Source: Candidatus Oxydemutator sp.
GTDB taxonomy: Bacteria; Pseudomonadota; Gammaproteobacteria; Poriferisulfidales; Oxydemutatoraceae
NCBI GenBank assembly: GCA_965203445.1
Contig: OZ241883.1
Span: forward strand, 1,472,001 to 1,536,000
Direction of reading: 5' to 3'
DNA: 64,000 nt
The number at the start of each line of letters is the position of its first letter. The stretch's first letter is position 1. The notes beneath the pieces were generated by a model. It ran no database searches, was not told where the DNA came from, and was given only the letters and a program-made list of their open reading frames with translations. Both the position numbers and the translations under genes were made by a program. Shown here one piece after another: positions 45,035 through 54,396 of this stretch.

Positions 45035-46840
45035 ATGCAAGGGAAATCAACTTTTGCCTTGGTTTCAGCATTGGCGGCCATGGTCGCGTTTTCAACCGCG
45101 CAGGCAAACAGCAAACTGATGAGGATGTCCGAGGACGCCAATCAGTGGGTGATGCCGACGGGGAACTACGCCAACCACCGCTACTCGGAACTGAAGCAAA
45201 TCGATACCAAAAACGTCAAGAATCTGAAAGTCGCATGGACTTTCTCGACGGGCGTGCTTCGCGGACACGAGGGCAATCCTCTGGTCGTCGGAGACATGAT
45301 GTACGTTCATACACCGTTCCCGAACAAAGTGTTCGCGTTGGATCTTAGCAAAGACGCGAGCATAGTCTGGGAGTATCATCCGAAGCAGGACCCGGCGACG
45401 ATTCCGGTCATGTGCTGTGACACCGTCAACCGCGGCGTCGCCTATGCCGACGGCAAGATCTTCTTGTATCAGGCGGATGCGACGTTGGTCGCGTTGGACG
45501 CCAAGAGCGGCAAGAAGGTTTGGAGCGCCAGCAACGGCGACATCTCCAAGGGCCAAACCGGCACTTCGGCGCCTATGGTCGTCGCGGACAAAGTCTACGT
45601 CGGCATCAGCGGCGGCGAATTTGGCGTTCGCGGCCATTTGACCGCGTACGACACCAAAACCGGCAAGCAAGTCTGGCGCGGCTATTCGATGGGCCCCGAC
45701 TCCGATACCCTGATGGGAGCGGACACCACGCACCTCGGCAAGTCCGTGGGCAAGGATTCCGGTCTTACCACCTGGGAAGGAGATCAGTGGAAGATCGGCG
45801 GCGGCACGACCTGGGGCTGGTATTCGTACGACCCCGACCTGAACCTGGTGTACTACGGCACGGGCAACCCGAGCACGTGGAACCCGGTGCAGCGTCCCGG
45901 CGACAACCGCTGGTCCATGACCATCTTTGCGCGCGACGCCGACACCGGCCACGCCAAGTGGGTCTATCAGATGACGCCCCACGACGAGTGGGACTACGAC
46001 GGCATCAACGAGATGATCCTGGCCGACATCAAGGTGCGCGGCAAGGATCGCAAGGTGCTGGTGCACTTTGACCGCAACGGCTTCGCCTACACGATGGATC
46101 GGGTCTCCGGCGAACTGCTGGTCGCCGAGAAGTTCGACGACGTGGTCAACTGGGCGACCGGCATAGACATGAAGACCGGGCGTCCGATGATGGTCAACAA
46201 GTACCGCACCGAGTTCAACGGCGAGGACGTGCTGTCCACCGACATCTGCCCGGCCGCGCTGGGGACGAAAGACCAGCAGCCGGCGGCGTTTTCACCGATG
46301 ACCGGCCTGTTCTACGTGCCCACCAACCACGTGTGCATGAACTACGAGCCGTTCCGCGTCAGCTACACGGCGGGCCAGCCGTACGTGGGCGCCAACCTGG
46401 ACATGTTCCCGGCGCCGACCAAGCCCGGCGCCACTGATCGCGGCCCCCACATGGGCCGGTTCATCGCCTGGGACGCCGACAAAGGCAAGGAAGTGTGGGC
46501 GATAGACGAGAAGTTCTCGGTCTGGAGCGGCGCGCTTGCGACCGCCGGAGGCGTGGTCTTCTACGGTACGTTGGAGGGTCATCTGAAGGCGGTGGACGCG
46601 AACAGCGGCAAAGAGCTGTACAGCTTCAAGACCCCTTCCGGCATTATCGGCAACGTCATGACCTACATGCACGGCGGCAAGCAATACGTCGGTATCTATT
46701 CGGGTATCGGCGGTTGGGCCGGGATCGGCATGGCCGCGGGTCTGACCGGCGACCGCGACGGACTGGGTGCCGTGGGTGGCTACCGTCACCTGCAGAACTA
46801 CACCCGTCTGGGTGGTACTTTGATGGTCTTTTCGCTGTAA
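45035..46840 (+). CDS. xoxF: Lanthanide-dependent PQQ methanol dehydrogenase XoxF
   Basis: Signal peptide, [10 protein letters not shown] vicinal Cys, [16 protein letters not shown] and DEWDYDG with the extra Ln-ligand Asp; no mxaI; GGAGG RBS. Confidence 0.95.
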   Translation: MQGKSTFALVSALAAMVAFSTAQANSKLMRMSEDANQWVMPTGNYANHRYSELKQIDTKNVKNLKVAWTFSTGVLRGHEGNPLVVGDMMYVHTPFPNKVFALDLSKDASIVWEYHPKQDPATIPVMCCDTVNRGVAYADGKIFLYQADATLVALDAKSGKKVWSASNGDISKGQTGTSAPMVVADKVYVGISGGEFGVRGHLTAYDTKTGKQVWRGYSMGPDSDTLMGADTTHLGKSVGKDSGLTTWEGDQWKIGGGTTWGWYSYDPDLNLVYYGTGNPSTWNPVQRPGDNRWSMTIFARDADTGHAKWVYQMTPHDEWDYDGINEMILADIKVRGKDRKVLVHFDRNGFAYTMDRVSGELLVAEKFDDVVNWATGIDMKTGRPMMVNKYRTEFNGEDVLSTDICPAALGTKDQQPAAFSPMTGLFYVPTNHVCMNYEPFRVSYTAGQPYVGANLDMFPAPTKPGATDRGPHMGRFIAWDADKGKEVWAIDEKFSVWSGALATAGGVVFYGTLEGHLKAVDANSGKELYSFKTPSGIIGNVMTYMHGGKQYVGIYSGIGGWAGIGMAAGLTGDRDGLGAVGGYRHLQNYTRLGGTLMVFSL

Positions 46841-46868
46841 GCTTGTAACTTGTAGCGTTGTGGTTAAC

Positions 46869-46908
46869 CAGCCCCCGGAGCGCTTGCGGTTCGGGGGCTG
46901 AATTTTTT
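46869..46908 (+). terminator. Terminator-like hairpin between xoxF and xoxG
   Basis: cagcccccgga...ttcgggggctg followed by aatttttt. Confidence 0.65.
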
Positions 46909-46916
46909 GGAGACCG

Positions 46917-47396
46917 GTGTTTTCGAGGATACAGCAGGGCGTGTTGCGCACGCTTGCGGTGATCGCCTTCGCGGTTTTGCCGGCGGCGGCCGTGGGCGCC
47001 GATGCCGAGCAGCAGAAACCGTACCTGGTGCACGCCGACGGCAAGGTGAATTGGCCTACGTTCAGCGGCTACCGGCGCTATCACGCGGAGTGCCACGTCT
47101 GTCACGGGCCCGGCGGTCTGGGCAGTTCGTTTGCGCCCAATCTGCTGGATTCGATGAAAAATCTGAGTTACGAACAATATCTGGAAGTGGTCGTCAACGG
47201 CAGGGTCAACGTGGGCACCGCGGTACAAAACGTGATGCCGGGGTTTGCGACCAACTTGAACGTCATGTGTTTCGTGGACGACATCTACGCGTATCTGATG
47301 GCGCGCGCGGACGGCGCCATCGGCATGGATCGTCCAAAGCATACCGGCAAGCCGCCGCAGGCGAGGGAGCGCGAAAAAGCCTGTTTTGGCGATTGA
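46917..47396 (+). CDS. xoxG: Cytochrome c XoxG (4-Cys type)
   Basis: CHVCH heme motif, VMPGF, two additional Cys (NVMCF, KACFG); directly after xoxF. Confidence 0.9.
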   Translation: MFSRIQQGVLRTLAVIAFAVLPAAAVGADAEQQKPYLVHADGKVNWPTFSGYRRYHAECHVCHGPGGLGSSFAPNLLDSMKNLSYEQYLEVVVNGRVNVGTAVQNVMPGFATNLNVMCFVDDIYAYLMARADGAIGMDRPKHTGKPPQAREREKACFGD

Positions 47397-48223
47397 TGAG
47401 AACGTCCGTTGCGCCGGCGTGTCTGTTCGTCGGTTTTGCGATTCTGACGAGTAGTGCGCCGACGGCGCATGCCGCCGACGGCGGCACCGAAGTGGAGGAA
47501 CGCACGGTGCTGCGGGTTTGCGCCGACCCCAACGGCCTGCCTTATTCGAGCAGGGTCGAGGCCGGGTTCGAGAACAAAATAGCCGAATGGATCGCCGCGG
47601 ATCTCGGTATTCCGCTTTCCTATTACTGGTTTCCGCAAAGCATGGGCTTTGTGCGCACGACGCTTACCGCCAGGCGTTGTGATCTCGTCGTCGGCGTCTC
47701 GGCGGCCAATGAATTGTTGCTGAATACCAACCCCTACTACTCCTCGGCCTTTGCGCTGGTCTATCCGGCAAACGCGGGCCACAAGATGGTCTCGCTGGCG
47801 GACGCCAAATGGAAGAACCGGAAACTGCGCATCGGCTTGATCGCGGGCACGCCGCCGACCGGCCTGCTGCTCGAACACGGATTGATGGAACAGGTCGCCC
47901 CCTACCACCTGGTCGTGGACACGCGCGTGGATTCGCCGTCGGAGCAGATCGTCAAGGACCTGCTGGCCGGGAAATTGGACGCCGCCGTTTTGTGGGGGCC
48001 GCTCGCGGGCTATCTCGACAAACGCCACGGTTCGCGTCTGCGGATCGTGCCCCTGATCGCGGATCACTCGGAGAAACACCGCATGATCTACCGCATCACG
48101 ATGGGCGTCAGGGCCGGCGAGATACGCTGGAAGCGCAGGCTGAACCGGTTCATCCGCAAGAATCGGGAGAAGATGCACGCGCTCATGCGCGAATACGGCG
48201 TGCCCCTGGTCGAGGGGCCATGA
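47396..48223 (+). CDS. xoxJ: XoxJ/MxaJ-like periplasmic binding protein
   Basis: LRVCADPN.LPYS, GFENKIAE, WGPLAGY and MGVR motifs. Confidence 0.9.
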   Translation: MRTSVAPACLFVGFAILTSSAPTAHAADGGTEVEERTVLRVCADPNGLPYSSRVEAGFENKIAEWIAADLGIPLSYYWFPQSMGFVRTTLTARRCDLVVGVSAANELLLNTNPYYSSAFALVYPANAGHKMVSLADAKWKNRKLRIGLIAGTPPTGLLLEHGLMEQVAPYHLVVDTRVDSPSEQIVKDLLAGKLDAAVLWGPLAGYLDKRHGSRLRIVPLIADHSEKHRMIYRITMGVRAGEIRWKRRLNRFIRKNREKMHALMREYGVPLVEGP

Positions 48224-48792
48224 TCGCCGCGCCCGTCGCCGTCGTCGTCGCCGCGAGCATGGCCGCGCTTCAAGTCGCGGCGGCGTCCGGCGTCGTCGCG
48301 GAACCGGACGGCTACCGCATGGGCGATTACCGCTCGCCGGTGCCCGCGACCCTGCGCGGTGCCACCGTGGTCGACGCCGAGTCCTTGCGCGCGCTGATCG
48401 AGGGCGGCGCCGACGTCGCGCTGATCGACGTCCTGCCGCGCGACCGCAGGCCCGACGATTTCCCCGCCGACCGTCTGTGGCGCCCGCCGACGCGCCACCA
48501 TCTGCCGAACAGCGTGTGGCTGCCGAACGTCGGCTACGGCAGGCTGTCGGAGGCGTACGAGCGTTATTTCATGGACAACCTCGAGAAATTGACCAACCAT
48601 CGCGCCGGGAGAATCCTCGTCTTTTATTGCGACGCCGACTGCTGGATGTCGTGGAACGCGGCCAAGAGAGCGGTCGAGTTCGGTTTTCGCGAAGTCCACT
48701 GGTTTCCGGGCGGGGTGGATGAATGGGGGCGGATGGGTTATAAATTGATTGCCGGCAGCGCCGTCGAGATGCCCGCGGCCGTCGAGGAATAA
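48220..48792 (+). CDS. Exported rhodanese-domain protein, PQQ-catabolism-associated CXXCW family
   Basis: EPDGYR..DYRSPVPATL.GA, SVWLPN.GYG and FYCDADCWMSWNAAKRA. Confidence 0.88.
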   Translation: MIAAPVAVVVAASMAALQVAAASGVVAEPDGYRMGDYRSPVPATLRGATVVDAESLRALIEGGADVALIDVLPRDRRPDDFPADRLWRPPTRHHLPNSVWLPNVGYGRLSEAYERYFMDNLEKLTNHRAGRILVFYCDADCWMSWNAAKRAVEFGFREVHWFPGGVDEWGRMGYKLIAGSAVEMPAAVEE

Positions 48793-48804
48793 CGGGGAAT
48801 CGCC

Positions 48805-49527
48805 GTGACAAAACTCCCGCCGTTGCGCGCGCTCGCGCTCGCGCTCGCGCTCGTGCTCGCGCCGGGCGCGCCGGCGCAGGACGACGCGGGCGGCTACACC
48901 CGCGAGCAGCGCTTGTTGTTCGACACGCCGCACCTGGACAACGTGCGCGCGCGCGCCTCGCTGTATTATGATTTTCACCAGCACGGCAGCACCGCCGAGG
49001 TCATCGAGGATCGGGAAATCCTGCTGGAGATCACCGATGTGTCCGAGCGCGGCATGAATCTCGAAACGGCTTTTTTGGACGCCGCCGGAAACAGAACCTA
49101 CGCGGTCGAGAATTTTCGCGGCAACCCGATACTGATGTTTTTCCTCGAATGGGACGTGGGCAAGATGGATGACGCCAGCGTCGTCAGCCGCCACCACTTC
49201 CGCCACTTGCTGCGCAACGCGTTCCGCGACGCCGGAAGCGAGAAAGTCACGTTCGCCTACGGCGGGCGCGACGTTAACGGGCACAAGGTGTCGTTTGACC
49301 CGCTGGCCTCGAAGAAGGGCGACCCGAAATACAAAAATTATCCGGCCAAACGCTATGAGTTCATCATAGCCGACGACGTCCCCGGCGGCGTCTATAGCAT
49401 CGCCACGCGGATACCGGCGCCGACGGCGAAAGGCGAGGTGCTGGAATATACCGAGATGAAGTTCAACCGCATCGAACCGGCGGCGGCGTTCGCCGGCCCC
49501 CAATCGGGCGCGGCGCGCCCGCGGTGA
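48805..49527 (+). CDS. Exported hypothetical protein in the xox operon
   Basis: Signal peptide (APA-Q); LF.TPHL, GNP.LMFFLE.DV, VPGGVYSI; gene-like codon usage. Confidence 0.75.
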   Translation: MTKLPPLRALALALALVLAPGAPAQDDAGGYTREQRLLFDTPHLDNVRARASLYYDFHQHGSTAEVIEDREILLEITDVSERGMNLETAFLDAAGNRTYAVENFRGNPILMFFLEWDVGKMDDASVVSRHHFRHLLRNAFRDAGSEKVTFAYGGRDVNGHKVSFDPLASKKGDPKYKNYPAKRYEFIIADDVPGGVYSIATRIPAPTAKGEVLEYTEMKFNRIEPAAAFAGPQSGAARPR

Positions 49528-49531
49528 TCGC

Positions 49532-49894
49532 GTGACGGCGTCTTGCACAAACCGTCTCGCGCGTGCGCCGCGCACGGCCGTTCTGATAGTCGCTCTCGCG
49601 CTGGGCGCGCCCGCCGCGGCCAACGACTTTCCGACCAGGGCGCGCGCCGAGTACGTGTTCGCCTGCATGAGCGCCAACGGCCAGTCCATGGAGATCCTGG
49701 ACAAGTGTTCGTGCAGCATAGACGTGATCGCCGGGCAGATGAAATACGAAGACTACGTGGACGCGGAGACCGCGATCAGGATGCGCCAGTTGCGCGGCGA
49801 CCGCGCGGGCATATTTCGCAGCGCCGAGTGGGCCAGGCGGGCCGTGGACAGGTTCCAGGCGGCACAGGTCGAAGCGGAGGTGCGCTGCTTTTGA
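49532..49894 (+). CDS. Small exported Cys-rich hypothetical protein (quinoprotein-cluster associated)
   Basis: Signal peptide; NDFPT.ARAEYVFACM..NG, KCSCSID and C-terminal RCF. Confidence 0.78.
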   Translation: MTASCTNRLARAPRTAVLIVALALGAPAAANDFPTRARAEYVFACMSANGQSMEILDKCSCSIDVIAGQMKYEDYVDAETAIRMRQLRGDRAGIFRSAEWARRAVDRFQAAQVEAEVRCF

Positions 49895-50073
49895 GAGGGA
49901 CACGCACAAACGCCTGATTCGCATGGTATTTTGGCAGTATCCCATTGCCAAATCGGAAGGTATAGATTGGAAATTCCAATATATTTTTTGCTTGACACGT
50001 GATAATATGGCGGCGTGCTTGGGCACAAAAGCTAATTAGCAAAACCTTTATCGTATTCAGGAGGTATCTACTG

Positions 50074-50157
50074 ATGAAAGAATGGAAAACACCTTTGATC
50101 AGGGAAGTTTCAGTAGGCATGGAAATCAACTGCTATGCCTGCGCGGAAATTTCCTGA
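50074..50157 (+). CDS. pqqA: PQQ precursor peptide PqqA (27 aa)
   Basis: Manual translation MKEWKTPLIREVSVGMEINCYACAEIS with E-x-x-x-Y core; AGGAGGT RBS; directly upstream of pqqB. Confidence 0.95.
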   Translation: MKEWKTPLIREVSVGMEINCYACAEIS

Positions 50158-50242
50158 TATACATAGATAGAAAATCAATACTTGGGTTTTCCCCCTTTCG
50201 GCACGCTGAACTTTGGGATAGAAACGGTGACTTTCGGATCTG

Positions 50243-51172
50243 ATGCGTATCATCGTTCTAGGTTCCGCGGCCGGGGGGGGATTCCCGCAATGGAACTGCA
50301 ATTCTGAATACTGCCGCCTCGCGCGAAGCGGCAGCCCCCAAGCCCCCCAACGAACCCAATCCTCGCTCGCCGTCACCGCCGACGGGGAGCGCTACGTCCT
50401 GCTCAACTGCTCGCCCGACCTGCGCCAGCAGCTGACTCAGACCGAGGCGCTGCATCCGCGCGCCGGCTTGCGCGACAGCCCGGTCAAGGCCGTGGTCCTG
50501 ACCAACGGCGACGTCGACCACGTGGCCGGCCTGCTGACGATGCGCGAGAGCGAGCCTTTCAGTATCTACGCTTCCGACCGGGTGCGGCAGATCCTGAACA
50601 CCAACTCGATATTCAACGTGCTGAACCCGGAGTACGTGCGCCGCCACACGTTCGCGCTGTCGCGCCCGTTTCGCCCGGCCGATGCCGCCGGCCGCGACCT
50701 GGGGCTTACCGTCGAGGCTTTTGCGGTGCCGGGCAAGGTCGCGCTGTTTTTGGAGGACGCGAGCGGCGGCGACAACTTCGGCACGCGCGAGGGCGACACG
50801 GTCGGCCTGCACGTCCAGGATTCCGAGCAAGGCGCATCCTTTTACTATATTCCCGGCTGCGCGCGCCTGGACGACGCGCTGCGCCGGCGCCTTGACGGCG
50901 CCGGCCTGCTGTTTTTCGACGGCACGCTGTTTCGAGACGACGAGATGATCACGATGGGCGTCGGCAAAAAAACCGGGGCGCGCATGGGGCACATCAGCAT
51001 GGACGGCGACGCCGGTTCGCTGGCGGCGTTTCGCAACCTGCGCGTCGCGCGCAAAATCTACGTCCACGTCAACAACACCAACCCGGTGCTGCTCGAGAAC
51101 TCGCGCGAACGCAGGACGGTCGAGGACGCCGGCTGGAGCGTCGCCCGCGACGGGCAGGTGATAGAACCGTGA
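50243..51172 (+). CDS. pqqB: PQQ biosynthesis protein B
   Basis: LGSAAGGGFPQWNCN..YC, RTQSS, RMGH and HVNNTNP motifs. Confidence 0.97.
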   Translation: MRIIVLGSAAGGGFPQWNCNSEYCRLARSGSPQAPQRTQSSLAVTADGERYVLLNCSPDLRQQLTQTEALHPRAGLRDSPVKAVVLTNGDVDHVAGLLTMRESEPFSIYASDRVRQILNTNSIFNVLNPEYVRRHTFALSRPFRPADAAGRDLGLTVEAFAVPGKVALFLEDASGGDNFGTREGDTVGLHVQDSEQGASFYYIPGCARLDDALRRRLDGAGLLFFDGTLFRDDEMITMGVGKKTGARMGHISMDGDAGSLAAFRNLRVARKIYVHVNNTNPVLLENSRERRTVEDAGWSVARDGQVIEP

Positions 51173-51915
51173 GCGGGCTTCCCGGCGAAATGCTTGCGCG
51201 CGCCGAACTCGAGCGGCGCCTGCGCGCGATCGGCGAATCCTACTATCACGACAAACATCCGTTTCATCGTCTGCTGCACGCGGGCAAACTCGAGCGCGGG
51301 CAGGTGCAGGCGTGGGCCCTGAACCGCTACTGTTATCAGGCGGCGATCCCGATCAAGGACGCGCGCCTGATGGCGCGTCTGCCGCACCAGGATTTGCGCC
51401 GCGAGTGGCGCCGGCGCATCAGCGATCACGACGGCGACGAACCGGGCGCCGGCGGCATCGAGCGCTGGCTCAGACTGACCGACGGCTTGGGCCTTGCGCG
51501 CGATTACGTGACGTCGCGCGCCGGCGCGCTGCCGGCGACGAAGTTCGCGGTCGACGCCTACGTGCACTTCGTCTCGGAAATGCCGCTGATCGAGGCCGTG
51601 GCCTCGTCGCTGACCGAGATATTCTCGCCCGTGATCATCGCCGAAAGAATGTCCGGAATGCTCGCCAATTACGATTTCATCACCGAGGAGACCATGGCCT
51701 ATTTCAAGCCGCGCCTGACGCAGGCGCGCCGCGACGTTGATTTCGCGCTGGCCTACGTCCTCGACCACGCGCAAACGCCGGAGCGACAGCGCGGCGTGCT
51801 GCGCGCGCTGCGCTTCAAGTGCGACGTGTTGTGGAGCCAGCTGGACGCGCTGTATTTCGCGTACGTCGAGCCGCGCCTGGTGCCGCCGGATTGTTTTGTT
51901 CCCGATGGACGCTGA
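51169..51915 (+). CDS. pqqC: PQQ synthase
   Basis: YHDKHPFH, NRY.YQ..IP.KDA, RI.DHDG and FKCDVLW.QLD. Confidence 0.97.
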   Translation: MSGLPGEMLARAELERRLRAIGESYYHDKHPFHRLLHAGKLERGQVQAWALNRYCYQAAIPIKDARLMARLPHQDLRREWRRRISDHDGDEPGAGGIERWLRLTDGLGLARDYVTSRAGALPATKFAVDAYVHFVSEMPLIEAVASSLTEIFSPVIIAERMSGMLANYDFITEETMAYFKPRLTQARRDVDFALAYVLDHAQTPERQRGVLRALRFKCDVLWSQLDALYFAYVEPRLVPPDCFVPDGR

Positions 51916-51917
51916 AA

Positions 51918-52223
51918 ATGGACACTGAAAAGCCGGCCCGCAAACGCGCGCTCGTATCGCCCGAGTCTATGCCGTCGCTGCCGCCGCACGTCAGGCTGCA
52001 CCACGACAAGACGCGCGACCGCTGGGTGCTGCTGGCGCCGGAGCGCCTGCTGGAACCGGACGAGGCGGCGCTTGCGATCCTGCGCCTGTGCGACGGCGAG
52101 AAGACGCTGCGCACCATCGCGCGCGCCCTGGCCCAGTCCTATAATGCGTCCGAGGATCTGATATTGGACGACGTCAAGTCGCTGATCCAGGATCTCGCCG
52201 ACAAGGACTTCATACGGATATGA
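51918..52223 (+). CDS. pqqD: PqqD peptide chaperone
   Basis: WVLLAPER, IL.LCDG; between pqqC and pqqE. Confidence 0.93.
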   Translation: MDTEKPARKRALVSPESMPSLPPHVRLHHDKTRDRWVLLAPERLLEPDEAALAILRLCDGEKTLRTIARALAQSYNASEDLILDDVKSLIQDLADKDFIRI

Positions 52224-53347
52224 GCGCGCGCGACAAAAGCATAGGCCTGCCGGTCTCGATCCTGTTCGAGCTGACGCACCGCTGCCCGTTGCAATGCCCG
52301 TATTGCTCGAACCCGCTGCAACTGGAGCAGGCGGCCAACGAACTGACCACCGCGCAATGGTCGGAGGTGATGGAGCAGGCCGTGGCCATGGGCATTTTGC
52401 AGGTGCATTTCTCGGGCGGCGAGCCGGCGTTGCGGCGCGACCTCGAGGACCTGGTCGAGAAAGCCGAAAGCCTGGGCCTGTACAGCAACCTGATTACGTC
52501 CGGCGTCGGCATAGACGACAAGCGCGTGGAGCGCCTGGCCGCGCGCGGCCTCAAGCACGTGCAGATCAGCGTGCAGGACAGCGTCGAGGACAACGCCAAC
52601 CGTATCGGCGGCCACCGCGACGGCTTCGCGCGCAAGATGGCGGCCGCCAACGCGGTGCGCGCGCACGGCCTGCCGCTGACCATAAACGCGCCGATCCACA
52701 AGATGAACGTCGAGCATCTGCCGTCCATCATTGATCTCGCGGTGGCCATGGGGGCCTCGCGCATGGAGGTCGCGCACGTGCAGTACTACGGCTGGGCCTA
52801 CCACAACCGGGCGGCGTTGATGCCGAAACGCGAGCAGCTGGAATGGGCCACCGGCGTGGTCGAGGACGCGCGCCGGCGCCTGCAGGGCGTGATGGTCATT
52901 GATTACGTGGTGCCGGACTATTACGCGCGCCGGCCCAAGGCGTGCATGGGCGGCTGGGCGCGTCAGTTTCTGAACGTGACGCCGTCGGGCAAGGTGCTGC
53001 CGTGCCACGCCGCCGAGAGCATCACGTCGCTGCGCTTCGACAACGTCAAGGAGCGCAGCCTGAAGGACATCTGGCACCACTCGGAGGCGTTCGAGAAATA
53101 CCGCGGCAGCGACTGGATGCCGGCAAGATGCCGCTCGTGCGAGCGCCGCGAAATAGACTGGGGCGGTTGCCGCTGCCAGGCGTTTGCGATAACCGGCGAC
53201 GCCGCCAACATGGATCCGGCGTGCGAGTTTTCCGATCACCACGAGCATCTCGTCAACGTCGCGCTGCTCGAATCCGACCGCAAAGACGCGGATTTCGATT
53301 ACCGCACGCTGCGGGGTATTCCCGTCGTGCAGCAGGCGCGTGCCTGA
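52220..53347 (+). CDS. pqqE: PqqE radical SAM peptide cyclase
   Basis: ELTHRCPLQCPYCSNP, KACMGGW and SPASM C..C.....D.GGCRCQA. Confidence 0.97.
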   Translation: MSARDKSIGLPVSILFELTHRCPLQCPYCSNPLQLEQAANELTTAQWSEVMEQAVAMGILQVHFSGGEPALRRDLEDLVEKAESLGLYSNLITSGVGIDDKRVERLAARGLKHVQISVQDSVEDNANRIGGHRDGFARKMAAANAVRAHGLPLTINAPIHKMNVEHLPSIIDLAVAMGASRMEVAHVQYYGWAYHNRAALMPKREQLEWATGVVEDARRRLQGVMVIDYVVPDYYARRPKACMGGWARQFLNVTPSGKVLPCHAAESITSLRFDNVKERSLKDIWHHSEAFEKYRGSDWMPARCRSCERREIDWGGCRCQAFAITGDAANMDPACEFSDHHEHLVNVALLESDRKDADFDYRTLRGIPVVQQARA

Positions 53348-53349
53348 AC

Positions 53350-54396
53350 GTGCCTGATCTCTCCGCACCCGCCGCCTCGCGCTCCCGCAAAGGGGCCGCC
53401 GGCGATCCACCGACGCGCGCGCCCGCGGCCGATACGCGGCACCGACCTCGCCGTCGGCGCTTGCAGGCCGGCCCGGTCCACAATCTGTCGGTGGCGGAAT
53501 ACGGCCCTGCGCGCGGCGTTCCGGCGTTGTTCCTGCACGGCGGGCCGGGCAGCGGCTGCCGCGCCGCGCTGTGCCGTCTGTTTCCGGCGGATCGGTTTCG
53601 CATCGTCGCTCCCGATCAGCGCGGCGCCGGGGCCAGCCTGCCGCACGGCTGCCTTACGGAAAACACCACGCAAGATCTTGTCAATGACCTGGAGATGATT
53701 CGGCGCGAATTGGGAATCGGGCGCTGGCTCGTGGTCGGCGGTTCCTGGGGAGCGCTGCTTGCGGTCGCCTACGCCGAGGCGCATCCCGAGGCCGTGGCCG
53801 GCCTTGTCGTGCGCTCGCTGTTTCTCGGTACGGAAGAGGAGTTGCAGTGGGCTTTTATAACCGCGCCGCGCGCTTTCTATCCGGCGATGTACGAACGATT
53901 TATCGCGCTGCTGGCGCCGGGCGAACGTCGCGCGCCGTTGCCGGCGTGGTACGCGCGTCTGCTGCACGCCGACCCGGCCGTGGCGGTGCCCGCGAGTTTC
54001 GCGTGGCACGATTACGAGCGCGCGTTGTCGCAGTTGCGCCCGTGCGCGCCGGCTTTTGCGCAGGATTCCACCACTGCTCCCGCCACCCCCGCCGCCGAGA
54101 CGAGGGCGATGCCGTCCACGCCGCGCATGGAGGCGCATTATTTTGCCAACGGCTGTTTTCTCGAACGCGGCCAGTTGCTTGACGACGCGCACCGCCTTGC
54201 GGATATTCCCGGCGCCATCGTGCAGTCGCGCTACGATCTGTTGTGTCCGCCGCGCACCTCGCACGCGCTGGCGCGGCGCTGGCCGGCGGGCCGCATCGTC
54301 AACGTTGAGGCCGCCGGACACGACCAGTCCGAGGCCGGCGTCGCGCGCGCCGTGGCGCGCGCGGTCGCCGAGGTCGCCGCCGAGGCCGGCTTATGA
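53350..54396 (+). CDS. pip: Proline iminopeptidase (S33 alpha/beta hydrolase)
   Basis: HGGPGSG, DQRG.G.S.P, ENTT..LV.DLE, GGSWG, RYDLLC and AGH; GTG 2 nt after the pqqE stop. Confidence 0.85.
   Translation: MPDLSAPAASRSRKGAAGDPPTRAPAADTRHRPRRRRLQAGPVHNLSVAEYGPARGVPALFLHGGPGSGCRAALCRLFPADRFRIVAPDQRGAGASLPHGCLTENTTQDLVNDLEMIRRELGIGRWLVVGGSWGALLAVAYAEAHPEAVAGLVVRSLFLGTEEELQWAFITAPRAFYPAMYERFIALLAPGERRAPLPAWYARLLHADPAVAVPASFAWHDYERALSQLRPCAPAFAQDSTTAPATPAAETRAMPSTPRMEAHYFANGCFLERGQLLDDAHRLADIPGAIVQSRYDLLCPPRTSHALARRWPAGRIVNVEAAGHDQSEAGVARAVARAVAEVAAEAGL

Noticed and set aside
45035-46840. Calcium-dependent MxaF
   Set aside because: D-Y-D motif rather than D-x-A; no mxaI or mxaACKL
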